DNA of 24,677 nt from a virus. Taxonomy: Duplodnaviria > Caudoviricetes. The notes below the pieces were generated by a model. The model had not been told where the DNA came from. It did not search any database and saw only the letters and a list, made by a program, of their open reading frames with translations. The position numbers were made by a program, and so were the translations under genes. Below, piece after piece: positions 1-8,757 of the stretch (position 1 is the first letter of the stretch; each line of letters begins with the position of its first letter). The stretch lies in IMG/VR virus record IMGVR_UViG_3300008255_001700, positions 1-24,677 of that record. One strand, 5' to 3'.

Positions 1-321
1 AGAAGTACCAGGAAGAGTGGTGGCGATATTGCTTGAGGCTCCAAAGGAGGCGGATTGACCCCATTTTCCAGCGACATAAGAAATTGAAGTATCAGTTCCA
101 TTTCTAGCGTTAGCGGTTGTATCGTTAGAGTTTCCCTCAAATCTCCAGTAAGCCTGTAACGAGGCTTTATTATAATAAGTATCTAGTCCCCCATACACAC
201 TATCAGGTATATTCCCATCTTTAATAAGAGTGGGGAAATTAGATAGGTTAGAGCTACCAGAGACTTTTGTGTTGTCGATGGTTACTTTTTTTGTGCCAGT
301 CCAGCCTGTAGGAAATGAAAT
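1..321 (-). CDS. Partial DUF2341-like / LamG (concanavalin A-like) adhesin or virion fibre protein, runs off the window; no canonical start (ATT at 321-319)
   Basis: Manual translation of an open frame absent from the ORF track: ISFPTGWTGTKKVTIDNTKVSGSSNLSNFPTLI (DUF2341-like W..K.VTIDNTKVSG...NFP) followed by LQAYWRFEGNSNDTTANARNGTDTSISYVAGKWGQSASF (LamG_3-like start). In-frame TAA at 339-337; SD AAGGAGG 8 nt upstream of ATT. Confidence 0.7.
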   Translation of the reverse strand, partial: MSFPTGWTGTKKVTIDNTKVSGSSNLSNFPTLIKDGNIPDSVYGGLDTYYNKASLQAYWRFEGNSNDTTANARNGTDTSISYVAGKWGQSASFGASSNIATTLPGTS

Positions 322-322
322 A

Positions 323-364
323 TTAGTACCCTCCTTTTAGTGATTTTTCTGTAGGAAATGCCAT
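323..364 (-). CDS. 13-aa leader ORF MAFPTEKSLKGGY that duplicates the N-terminus of the downstream adhesin gene
   Basis: ATG 364-362, TAA 325-323. It lies 6 nt after an extended -10 and shares a 12-bp direct repeat (306-317 and 349-360) with the downstream CDS. Confidence 0.4.
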   Translation of the reverse strand: MAFPTEKSLKGGY

Positions 365-370
365 AAATCA

Positions 371-379
371 AGTATATCA
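371..379 (-). promoter_or_regulatory. Extended -10 promoter TGaTATACT, leaderless geometry
   Basis: Minus strand TGATATACT-N6-ATG(364). Confidence 0.55.
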
Positions 380-388
380 CGACAATAA

Positions 389-464
389 AGCACTATATAT
401 GAGGGAAGCTGAGACACCATGTTGGCATTACGCCTAAATAGTTACTTCCCCCATATGTAATGCT
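389..464 (-). ncRNA. 76-nt stem-loop, candidate C4/CI-like antisense RNA
   Basis: Arms 389-408 and 445-464 pair 19/20 on the minus strand (2 G-U, 1 mismatch). The 36-nt loop holds an inner hairpin GGC-GUAAU-GCC and CAUGGUGUCUCAG. It starts immediately after the last GT stop codon. Confidence 0.5.
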
Positions 465-1373
465 CTATATCTCGATTATACCAATTATTGGATCACGATA
501 CATGGGGTGTTTATTACCATTCTCATCAGTCCATTTTCCCCAAGGATCATAAGACTGTCCATTGTTCTTTTCAGGAGGCCACAAAGAAGTAGTATCAGCC
601 CATCTTAATTCTTCCATAATTGGTAGCGATTTTCCTTTATGTTCAGCAGTATCTTTAGAGCTTCCCCACCAATGCCACACCCAGCTCTTAGTAGTTCCAA
701 CCATACGATATCCTTCTCTGTAAACGCGGGCGTTCATATCATAATCTTCCGCTCCTCCTGGGTAAAATCTTTCTTCCCACATACCAAACTTATAGAATGA
801 CTCTCTTTTGAATACCGTACACCAAGTAGCAATAGCATCAATCACTCCATTCTTCTTATCTGGGAAGCTCGCAGGAAATCCTTTTTCTTTTTTAATGTGA
901 CTAAAATCACCCTCAAGCAACCAGTTATATTGATCATGATCATAAGATTCTTGATAGTCAAGTAAGTCTAAATATTTTCCATGAGGTAGTCCATAACCCC
1001 ACCCTGGTTCTCTAGGACTCATTGGATTAACTGCCATTATTTTAGGATCTTGTGCAAATGTTTCTATTATTCCATCCCACCATCTAAGATCAATAAACTC
1101 TATATCATCATTCATACAAGTAATATATTCGCTTTCCCATCTAAGCCCGTGAATAATTCCTTCGTTCATAGACTTTGAGAATCCCAAGTTACGATGTGGT
1201 CGTAGTACTAAATGTACCTTATCCATATCCAACTTCAAACCGTCCATAGTTTGATCAACTACAATTACTTTACAGTTAGTCATATCAGTATGTTTATATA
1301 AAGTCTCTAAACAACGCTCTATATAATCAGGTCTGATCGGGTTAATAATATATGTGTTTAGGATCATAGCCAT
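465..1373 (-). CDS. Glycosyltransferase family 2 (GT-A fold)
   Basis: CKVIVVDQ, NLGFSKSMNEG, CMNDD (DxD-like), EERFYPGGAEDYD, VWHWWG motifs. Start more likely 1373 or 1367 than 1430. Confidence 0.9.
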   Translation of the reverse strand: MAMILNTYIINPIRPDYIERCLETLYKHTDMTNCKVIVVDQTMDGLKLDMDKVHLVLRPHRNLGFSKSMNEGIIHGLRWESEYITCMNDDIEFIDLRWWDGIIETFAQDPKIMAVNPMSPREPGWGYGLPHGKYLDLLDYQESYDHDQYNWLLEGDFSHIKKEKGFPASFPDKKNGVIDAIATWCTVFKRESFYKFGMWEERFYPGGAEDYDMNARVYREGYRMVGTTKSWVWHWWGSSKDTAEHKGKSLPIMEELRWADTTSLWPPEKNNGQSYDPWGKWTDENGNKHPMYRDPIIGIIEI

Positions 1374-2067
1374 TCTTTCTTGCTTTATTGATATTAAGTA
1401 TCGACTCTCTAATTTCTTCTTTAAAACCACTGTTAATATAATTATTCTCTGGATGTAGTGAATAAAACAGCTCTTTAATAGTAGTACCTACACCAGTAGC
1501 CACATTATACGTTCCCTGCCATTTTTGAGGCTCTAGTACGCTTCTAAGGATCACGTTGACTACATCATCTACATGAACAAAGTCTCTAACACTTTCCCCA
1601 TTGTTATTCAGTTCGTTACAGCCATTTAACATCTTGTGCACAATTCCATGATCAGTTCCATATCCATATACATTACCAAGTCTTAAAATAGTGTGTTTTG
1701 GGATTAGAGTTCTAATAATTGCTTCCTCAACTACTTTAGAATAACCATATTCTCCATATGGTTTTAGTTGATCATCTTCCCTAGCACCATGAGTGTTTCC
1801 ATAAACTGCTGCACTTGAAGTAAAGATAAACTGTGCATCTGGTAGCATATATACTAACTTCTTAGTACTTCTAATATTCTCATCAAAGTTATCAAATAGA
1901 TTAGCAGCACAATGAATTACTACATTACTATGAGCGTGAAATAATTTTTGTATATCGTAACCATTCTTCTTATCAACTCCTTTAGCATCAAATCCAAGCA
2001 TCTTTAATTTGTGTAAAACGTGACTGCCGATAAATCCAGAACTACCAGTGACTAGTATTTTTTTCAT
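1342..2067 (-). CDS. NAD-dependent epimerase/dehydratase (extended SDR)
   Basis: LVTGSSGFIG, HCAA, TSSAAVYG, YGYSK, LRLGNVYG, RDFVHVDD motifs. Confidence 0.93.
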   Translation of the reverse strand: MKKILVTGSSGFIGSHVLHKLKMLGFDAKGVDKKNGYDIQKLFHAHSNVVIHCAANLFDNFDENIRSTKKLVYMLPDAQFIFTSSAAVYGNTHGAREDDQLKPYGEYGYSKVVEEAIIRTLIPKHTILRLGNVYGYGTDHGIVHKMLNGCNELNNNGESVRDFVHVDDVVNVILRSVLEPQKWQGTYNVATGVGTTIKELFYSLHPENNYINSGFKEEIRESILNINKARKNGYDPKHIYY

Positions 2068-2657
2068 ATAACCTCGCTTACAAAATAAAACTTACTATTC
2101 TCGTCAAATGGTACTCCTCTATCAATAATCTGCTCTATGCCATTATTATACTCTGGTTTTGGGTTGTTAAGATTCCAGGTATGACCATGAACACACATTG
2201 GATGATCAGTAAAATATCCTTTAAGTCCTTCTGGATGATTAACTCTGTTATCTGGTAGATCTGCACAAATCCAGTTACGTTTCTTTAGTTGATCATAAGT
2301 AGCTTGGTTATAGTGCCAACCAGGAGCTTTAAATACTTTAACAAAACAATCCATTTGTTCCATAGCTGATAAAACAAACTCTGCCCTTGACCCATCCCAA
2401 GTAGTACACTCGTTTATTGGATCATGAAACATTCCATGAACTGCTAACTCTATCCAATCAAACTTAGAAATTTCATCAAAGAATGTATAAGAATCTTCGT
2501 TTCTCTCTGGTATTGTAAACAATGTAACCTTGAACTTTGGATACTTATATTTCAAGTAGAACAACTTATCTAGTCCATTAGCTTTATAATCTGGATAAAA
2601 GTCATCAAGCGAACAAATAACTTCTGGTAGTATTTTTTTAGGCACTAAGTATGACAT
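2064..2657 (-). CDS. Polysaccharide deacetylase-like (CE4/NodB fold, DUF2334-like)
   Basis: SLDDF, VTLFTIP, ELAVHGMFH, FKAPGW, HGH motifs. Confidence 0.85.
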   Translation of the reverse strand: MSYLVPKKILPEVICSLDDFYPDYKANGLDKLFYLKYKYPKFKVTLFTIPERNEDSYTFFDEISKFDWIELAVHGMFHDPINECTTWDGSRAEFVLSAMEQMDCFVKVFKAPGWHYNQATYDQLKKRNWICADLPDNRVNHPEGLKGYFTDHPMCVHGHTWNLNNPKPEYNNGIEQIIDRGVPFDENSKFYFVSEVI

Positions 2658-3348
2658 ATTTATCCATTAATTTTCTTGCTACTTTATTTCTGTTTTCGTA
2701 ATGTTTTCCACTAAAAGATTGACCAACTCCTGCTTCGCTAAGTTCAGATACATCACTTTTTTCATTGATACTCACCACATAATTATCCACATTATTTAAG
2801 TACTTATTCCCCAAACAAAGATACATATCATCAAGAGAAACATCTGGAAGATTAGGATTAAGAGCTTGAAGTTCAAAACCCTTACTCATAACCACTCTAG
2901 GAACAAAGTAAGTTCTAAGTACAACATCTACTTTGATCGCCTTACCATCTCTATTTTGTCTCTTGATTGAAGTATCATCTGCATATGGATTAAGAGTATC
3001 ACCTAAGATACTTCCTTGTAATCCTAGTATAGCTTTAGGTTGATTAATTCTTTTAGCGTGTTCAATTAGGTTTTCTATAGTGTGAGATCTAACAGTTAAG
3101 TCATCATCAATAAAGAAACAATAATCTGTGTCAAAGTATGCACCGATTGCGAATCTTATTCTTGGTAAAAAGCTATAGTTTGTTCTAATAATAATTGCTC
3201 TATCATCTTCAAACTCTATTTCTGGGTTGTCTATAAATACACAAATATTCTCAGGCACAACACTACCAGCCATTAGATCATCAATAATCCTTTTGATGTT
3301 ACCTTGTCGCTGCGTATAATGAGCTAGTATAATTGCTGTGACTGTCAT
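2638..3348 (-). CDS. GT-A fold glycosyltransferase (GT2-like)
   Basis: N-terminal TAIILAHY.R, RFAIG, DYCFFIDDD (DxD), LDDMYL motifs. Confidence 0.8.
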   Translation of the reverse strand: MTVTAIILAHYTQRQGNIKRIIDDLMAGSVVPENICVFIDNPEIEFEDDRAIIIRTNYSFLPRIRFAIGAYFDTDYCFFIDDDLTVRSHTIENLIEHAKRINQPKAILGLQGSILGDTLNPYADDTSIKRQNRDGKAIKVDVVLRTYFVPRVVMSKGFELQALNPNLPDVSLDDMYLCLGNKYLNNVDNYVVSINEKSDVSELSEAGVGQSFSGKHYENRNKVARKLMDKYVILSA

Positions 3349-3349
3349 A

Positions 3350-4039
3350 TTAGAATAATTCTGGGTTAAGTACTTTTCTACTTGAGTGACTATTGTGAGT
3401 TACTTTAATGTTTTTATGTCTATAGAATTTTAGATGTGGAGCTTGCTTCTTAATCTCCCTACCAATTAAAATATCAAAATGATCTGGGAAGTCAGTGAAC
3501 TTCCAATCAAGTTCAAGTGCTTCTTTAGAGAATAATGTACATTGAAAATCAGGAGATCCTATTTCATAAACATCTAAATCCTTATTGTGTAAATCATGAA
3601 TATTATTTGCTTTATTCTCATTGGTTGGATACGCTGGCTTATCATCTTCATAAGAAGATACAACATCAAGTGTCGCCCATCTATTAACTTTACTTGCAGC
3701 TTCAAACTGTAACTTATCCCAATCTTTCCTAACAATCACATCACTCTCAATCAAGAATAAGTTGTCGAAATCCTCCAGTGGACCTTCCCCACGATGCTTG
3801 TGACGAGCGTAATCTAAAGCTATCTGCATGGCTCTACCCTGGTTGTTTTTAGTCTTTTTTACCGTATCTCTCATTAAGATCCATTTACGATTCTCGGTTA
3901 CTTCCATAGGAGGTAACTCTGGACTATTATCATCAACTAAGATATGTAGAAATGGCATTGTAGAAAACTCATCAATAGCATCACACATATTTTTAACCTG
4001 GTCGAAAGCCATGTACACTGGAGTGATAATCAAATTCAT
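3350..4039 (-). CDS. GT-A fold glycosyltransferase (GT2-like)
   Basis: LIITPVY, HILVDDNS, LFLIESDVIV, FQCTLFS, C-terminal H motif. Confidence 0.82.
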   Translation of the reverse strand: MNLIITPVYMAFDQVKNMCDAIDEFSTMPFLHILVDDNSPELPPMEVTENRKWILMRDTVKKTKNNQGRAMQIALDYARHKHRGEGPLEDFDNLFLIESDVIVRKDWDKLQFEAASKVNRWATLDVVSSYEDDKPAYPTNENKANNIHDLHNKDLDVYEIGSPDFQCTLFSKEALELDWKFTDFPDHFDILIGREIKKQAPHLKFYRHKNIKVTHNSHSSRKVLNPELF

Positions 4040-4609
4040 TTAATCCTTTATAAAGAAAGCACATTTAATTTCGCCAGCCTGTGTCTCTTTTTGAAATGTC
4101 AGTTTATGTTTAGATGGCACTAGTTCATCAAAAGCCTGTCTAACTCCAGGACATCTTGGATGTTCCCAATCATGCAAGAACACATACCCACCACTTTTAA
4201 CCATTGGCAACCAACGATCTAGCTCTTTTTTAGTAGTTTCATATGTATGGTCTGAATCAATATTTAAAACATCAATCTCTTGATCCCACTCTTTTTCCAA
4301 TGATGATTCTCTAGTAAAAGTAAAATTCTTAGCTCCAGAATCTTCAATAAACTTTATAGTTTCTGCCTCATATTCATCTTCTGTGCATGTTTGATTGATA
4401 TATGGAAATCCTGGATCAAAGGTATAAACATGACCCTGAGTACAAGCTAGAGCCAAAGAAGCAGCACTCTTACCATGACCAGTACCAAAGTCAACAATGA
4501 CTGGATTTCCTGGAAAATACTCTAGTTCTTCAAGCCACATATTTTGTTCTGGTGCGTGAACTGAACTAGGAATGTGTTTTGTTCTTTCTAAAATTTCGTT
4601 AATAGTCAT
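4040..4609 (-). CDS. Class I SAM-dependent methyltransferase (Methyltransf_24-like), probable sugar O/N-methyltransferase
   Basis: VDFGTGHGKS, YTFDP, IDVLNIDSDHTYE, SGGYVFLHDW, PGVRQA motifs. Start at MTINE (4609) behind AGGGGTGG. Confidence 0.9.
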   Translation of the reverse strand: MTINEILERTKHIPSSVHAPEQNMWLEELEYFPGNPVIVDFGTGHGKSAASLALACTQGHVYTFDPGFPYINQTCTEDEYEAETIKFIEDSGAKNFTFTRESSLEKEWDQEIDVLNIDSDHTYETTKKELDRWLPMVKSGGYVFLHDWEHPRCPGVRQAFDELVPSKHKLTFQKETQAGEIKCAFFIKD

Positions 4610-4611
4610 AT

Positions 4612-5697
4612 CTACCACCCCTTCTTTATACATTTAGTAATATAGTAAGCATCCTCAAGAGTCATTTTAGTGTTGATAGGAATCGAAATATATTTACCTT
4701 CAATCTCGTTCATTACTGGAAGATCTTGTCTAACCCCTCCAAATATCTGGTAAATATCGTTTCTCATTTGTACTAAGTTAGTTTCAATCCTACACTCGTT
4801 CATCATTCTTGAAAAATCGTCACGTCTCTCTACTAGTAAAGTAGCTAACCAATACTTGTTTCCATCACCATCTATAAGTTTCAATCCATCAATACCTCTG
4901 AGTTCTTCTCTATAGATATCAAATATAGTCTTTCGGTAATCAAGTATCTTATCGTACTTTTTAAGCCCTTCAATACCCATAGAAGCGGCAATATCAGTTG
5001 GTTGGTACTTATACCCTAAGTACTCAATATCAAACGTCATTTCTCGTTCTTTATATGCTTGCCAATCATTAGCTTTCTTTTTATCTCTATCAATTCCAAA
5101 CCATCTCTTTAATTTCGCCTCACGATATTTTTCTTTATTTGGTAAAGCCAATAACCCCCCATCAGCAGTTGAGAAATGTTTGATTGCCTGAAATGAGTAG
5201 ACTATATAATCTCCATTTTTGTAACCAATACCCTGAGCAGCATCATGTACCACTGGAATCTTATATTTCTCAAAACTTACCTCATCAATTCCATGATTAA
5301 TACCTCCCAAGCTAACAGCTACAACCGCCTTAGTGTTCTCATTTACTTTTTTCATGACATCCTGATAATCAATACAAAGAGTATCGGGATTAATATCAGC
5401 CCAAACAAGTTTTGCTCCACGTCTTAGCAGGGGTATATTTGTGGCAGTACAAGTAAGTGGAGTTGTAATAACCTCATCACCTGGTTGTATATCAATAAGA
5501 TCATAAGCCAGTTCAAGTGCAGAAGTTCCCGAGTTAGTCATTAAAGGATAATCTAAATTAAACTTATCTCCAATGGCTTGTTCAAACTCATCTACTCTTG
5601 GTCCCTGACCAATCCATCTACTTTTTAGAGTATCGGTTACAGCTCTAATAATATCTTTATCCATGTAAGGATAAAACAAAGGAATCTTATATTGCAC
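4612..5697 (-). CDS. DegT/DnrJ/EryC1/StrS PLP-dependent sugar aminotransferase
   Basis: GQGPRVDEFE, NSGTSAL, PGDEVITTPLT, DAAQ, SFQAIKHFSTADGG (PLP lysine). Confidence 0.95.
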   Translation of the reverse strand: MQYKIPLFYPYMDKDIIRAVTDTLKSRWIGQGPRVDEFEQAIGDKFNLDYPLMTNSGTSALELAYDLIDIQPGDEVITTPLTCTATNIPLLRRGAKLVWADINPDTLCIDYQDVMKKVNENTKAVVAVSLGGINHGIDEVSFEKYKIPVVHDAAQGIGYKNGDYIVYSFQAIKHFSTADGGLLALPNKEKYREAKLKRWFGIDRDKKKANDWQAYKEREMTFDIEYLGYKYQPTDIAASMGIEGLKKYDKILDYRKTIFDIYREELRGIDGLKLIDGDGNKYWLATLLVERRDDFSRMMNECRIETNLVQMRNDIYQIFGGVRQDLPVMNEIEGKYISIPINTKMTLEDAYYITKCIKKGW

Positions 5698-6649
5698 GAT
5701 ACCCTTTCAAAAATCTTTCTATTACTATAGATAAATCTTTTATTCTTTGATCAACTGTAAATCTCTCTCTTCCAATAAACTGACCTCTAATTTGGACTTC
5801 CCTAAGTGAATTTGGAGAATGTAGAAAATAATCTATCTTCTCATTTGCTTCTTCTACAGATGAAAAATACTCAACCCCATCTCTTAAAAAGAGTTCCATT
5901 CCTGGAGCGTAACGGGCAAGCAAAAAACCACCTAATGTAAGAACTTTGCCTACCCGATTACTCCAATACCCCCAGTAATGATCGTTTACAGAAAACTGCA
6001 ATATAATCTTACTTTGAGCAACAACTTTAGAGAACTCATCACCGTATACTGCGGGATAAGCAGTCAACCCTTCCTTCTGCCATTCCTGGTAGTTCCAAGA
6101 AAAGATTGTTACATGGTTCTTTTTGTTTATATCTTTTATCCATTCAACCCTATCACCTTTTTTCATGTGACTTCCGAAGAACACTACATCGTATATTTTT
6201 TCTGTTTGAAAGTGATCAAGGCTGCCATCAGCCACATCAAAAGGAAAGTAATGGTGCTTAATATTTTTAGGCACTCTTCCAACTCCATCATTTGTCAAAA
6301 GTAAGTCACAAGCCTCAGCCATATTATAATGAAATCCATCATAATCCATGAAATCCCATGTCCAATAGAAAACAGGAGCGTCAGACATCTCTCTTAACTT
6401 ACTTATATATTTACTATCATTGAAATGATGCCATTTGCAAATAATGTTAATATCAGATTCTATTGGGAGCACCCAATCAGCGTTTGGTTCATGTCCATCA
6501 ACAAATGCTTTCCACTGATCTCTTGGAACAAAATTAACTTTGTAACCAATCCTTCTAAAAGAATCAGCAATAAGAAGTTCATCGCATTTTTCACCAACAT
6601 ATCCGACAGTGTTACCACCAACTATGTTAATAGTACGATTTTGAGGCAT
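5687..6649 (-). CDS. GT-B glycosyltransferase, CgeB/Glyco_trans_1_2-like
   Basis: YDVVFFGS...R, VYGDEF..VVAQSKI.L, SNRV..VL.LGGFLL, LFLRDGVEYF motifs. Start at MPQNR via TAATG coupling. Confidence 0.88.
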   Translation of the reverse strand: MPQNRTINIVGGNTVGYVGEKCDELLIADSFRRIGYKVNFVPRDQWKAFVDGHEPNADWVLPIESDINIICKWHHFNDSKYISKLREMSDAPVFYWTWDFMDYDGFHYNMAEACDLLLTNDGVGRVPKNIKHHYFPFDVADGSLDHFQTEKIYDVVFFGSHMKKGDRVEWIKDINKKNHVTIFSWNYQEWQKEGLTAYPAVYGDEFSKVVAQSKIILQFSVNDHYWGYWSNRVGKVLTLGGFLLARYAPGMELFLRDGVEYFSSVEEANEKIDYFLHSPNSLREVQIRGQFIGRERFTVDQRIKDLSIVIERFLKGYRAI

Positions 6650-7461
6650 TACAGATCCTTTTCCCCTGGTAGAATAGCCCATTTAGGTTTGTATTTTAGC
6701 TTATCGTAAGGTATTTCAAAATAAGTAGTCCAGATTTCAGGTTGTCCGATTCTTTCAAACCCCCATTTTTCAATAAAGTATTCCCAATTCTTTTGCCAGT
6801 AACTTCTATTGTCTGGATGAAATGTTCCACTTGTATTAGAGAAATGATAAACTGGACAGTTAGTATTTTGGTACATCTTAATTCCAGCTAGTTTGAGTTT
6901 GTATTCTAAATCACTATCAGAATTTGAACCGAAAGGATCATAAGCTAAATCATAACCACCAACTAACTCAAACACTTCTTTCTTAATTAAGAATGGTAAA
7001 TTAAATCCTGGTCGTAGTCCTTGTCCTTCATGAACATACTCTAACCATTTTCTCTTATTCCAATCTCCACCTACTCCGCCACAAAAATATTTAACAAACG
7101 TAGGTGCTCCATCATTAGGTTCTACAAGTTGAGGAGAGACACACAAAACTTCACTTGGTAATCCATGAGTTAATTTTTCAAACCAATCTGGTTTATATAT
7201 CATGTCATCATTAGTCACCATAACCCAAGGAGTAGTTACTGTAGCAACTGCCGCATTAACAGCTCTGCACTGACCCTGAGCCTTTAATGTTATATCTGCA
7301 CCAGGATGAAGTCTATATTCATCATTGTTGGCAATAATTATAATTTGTTCTCTAGGAAACCCAGATTCTTTTAGAGATAACAAACATTCTTTTATAGCAT
7401 AGAAATTACGATCACTCCAAAGAGTCGGTATTACAATAGTTACGTCAGATTTTTGTATCAT
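6649..7461 (-). CDS. Glycosyltransferase family 2
   Basis: VTIVIPT, AVNAA, VTNDDM, VGGYD..Y, SDSDL, VYHFSNTS, FIEKWG motifs. Confidence 0.92.
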   Translation of the reverse strand: MIQKSDVTIVIPTLWSDRNFYAIKECLLSLKESGFPREQIIIIANNDEYRLHPGADITLKAQGQCRAVNAAVATVTTPWVMVTNDDMIYKPDWFEKLTHGLPSEVLCVSPQLVEPNDGAPTFVKYFCGGVGGDWNKRKWLEYVHEGQGLRPGFNLPFLIKKEVFELVGGYDLAYDPFGSNSDSDLEYKLKLAGIKMYQNTNCPVYHFSNTSGTFHPDNRSYWQKNWEYFIEKWGFERIGQPEIWTTYFEIPYDKLKYKPKWAILPGEKDL

Positions 7462-8249
7462 TTTTTATCCCACGTTTTCTGATCAAGTTGATCTTTTATT
7501 TGTAACTTAATTGGAGGAGGCCAAATTTCACCTTTTTTATCTGGATCTGTAGCAAATCTTCCTCCACCTGGTATTCTGTGGCCATGTTCGTGAGGATGTA
7601 TTTCTTGATATCCCCAATTATCATCATCTCCAAAATCGTGATAACAAACTATATTTCCTGCATATCCAGTCTTTCCAGTTATTGATTGAATCCTAGAACA
7701 TATAGTTTTTTCTTCGTGATTACGGTTAGCGTTAAAATGTCTATCCCAACCACCAACAGTTCTAATAACATTTGTTCTCATCATCCTCATAACTGCACCA
7801 CACATAGGAGCATCAAATACTCCATCTTTAGAGTTTTCTAGTGCTTTAGCCCCAACAAACACATGAGGCTGACAAGCAATAGCAGAGTAGTTTTTATTCT
7901 TATCCATTAACTCAACTAACTGCGTAAGCCAACACTTACCATCCCTTTCTCTAAGATCTGGAACATAAATATCATTGTCCGTACTAATACAATAATCGGA
8001 ATCGACAAGAGAAAGACCAATGTTATGAGCCATATGAATACCGATGTTTTTAGATAATCTAACAGAAAGAAAAACCCTCCCATCGAGTTCCATCTCATCA
8101 AGCATTTCTCTGGTTCCGTCAGTAGAGTTATTATCAACAACAAAAAGGCGATAAGGGTAATCAGTCCTAGTATAAAGATAATTAATTGCATTTTGAGTTA
8201 ATTCCTTTCGCTGGTAAGTGACCATCCAAATATCTATTGGCTTATTCAT
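7458..8249 (-). CDS. Glycosyltransferase family 2
   Basis: MVTYQR, FVVDNNSTDGT, NIGIHMAHNIG, STDND, VGGWD motifs. Start at MNKPID (8249), ATGA-coupled to the endonuclease stop. Confidence 0.92.
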   Translation of the reverse strand: MNKPIDIWMVTYQRKELTQNAINYLYTRTDYPYRLFVVDNNSTDGTREMLDEMELDGRVFLSVRLSKNIGIHMAHNIGLSLVDSDYCISTDNDIYVPDLRERDGKCWLTQLVELMDKNKNYSAIACQPHVFVGAKALENSKDGVFDAPMCGAVMRMMRTNVIRTVGGWDRHFNANRNHEEKTICSRIQSITGKTGYAGNIVCYHDFGDDDNWGYQEIHPHEHGHRIPGGGRFATDPDKKGEIWPPPIKLQIKDQLDQKTWDKK

Positions 8250-8722
8250 AAAAGTTGTTCCCAATTATTCTTATATTTTTCATATTTTGATGTAGATTTA
8301 TTTTCTTTATGTTTTTTATAAGTTCTTTGACTCTCTGGAGTTGGCACTACTATTGATGTTTTTTGACCTATTTCATTTTGTGGTATTATGTAAAATAGAT
8401 CGTGCTTTACACAATAAAATATAAAATAATCTATTATTCCTTTATAACTATCTTTTGTATACTTTTTTTCATATAATCCGTTTCCAGCATTTCTTACTTG
8501 AGGAGTTCTTATTGAAAAAGAATACCTCCAAGAATAAGATTTTTTATCGTTAAATGGTTTACTAGATGTTTTAACTTGTATTTTTTTTCCATTTTCTAAA
8601 ACTATATCTATTCCAGTATCTTGATCAAAAACTGCACAAGATATTCCTCTTAATAAGAGTTCTGCTCTTACTCTAAGCTCTCCAGCTTTACCTATCATCG
8701 GTGGGTTGTTAGTATAATCCAT
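8246..8722 (-). CDS. PD-(D/E)XK endonuclease (PDDEXK_5 / homing-endonuclease-like)
   Basis: GKAGELRVRAELLLRG, GIDIVL, KIQVKTS, IDYFIFY, FYIIP, YKNNWEQL motifs. Visibly more AT-rich than its neighbours. Start reassigned to ATG 8722. Confidence 0.85.
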   Translation of the reverse strand: MDYTNNPPMIGKAGELRVRAELLLRGISCAVFDQDTGIDIVLENGKKIQVKTSSKPFNDKKSYSWRYSFSIRTPQVRNAGNGLYEKKYTKDSYKGIIDYFIFYCVKHDLFYIIPQNEIGQKTSIVVPTPESQRTYKKHKENKSTSKYEKYKNNWEQLL

Positions 8723-8728
8723 GAGTAC

Positions 8729-8757
8729 ATTATAACCCAAGTATTTCTATTTGTCAA
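8729..8757 (-). promoter_or_regulatory. Perfect sigma70-type promoter TTGACA-N17-TATAAT, leaderless to the endonuclease ATG
   Basis: TTGACA 8757-8752, TATAAT 8734-8729, 6 nt to ATG 8722. Confidence 0.8.

Noticed and set aside
8246-8746. Group I intron around the endonuclease
   Set aside because: Flanking GT genes are complete and abut the ORF; no space for a ribozyme core.
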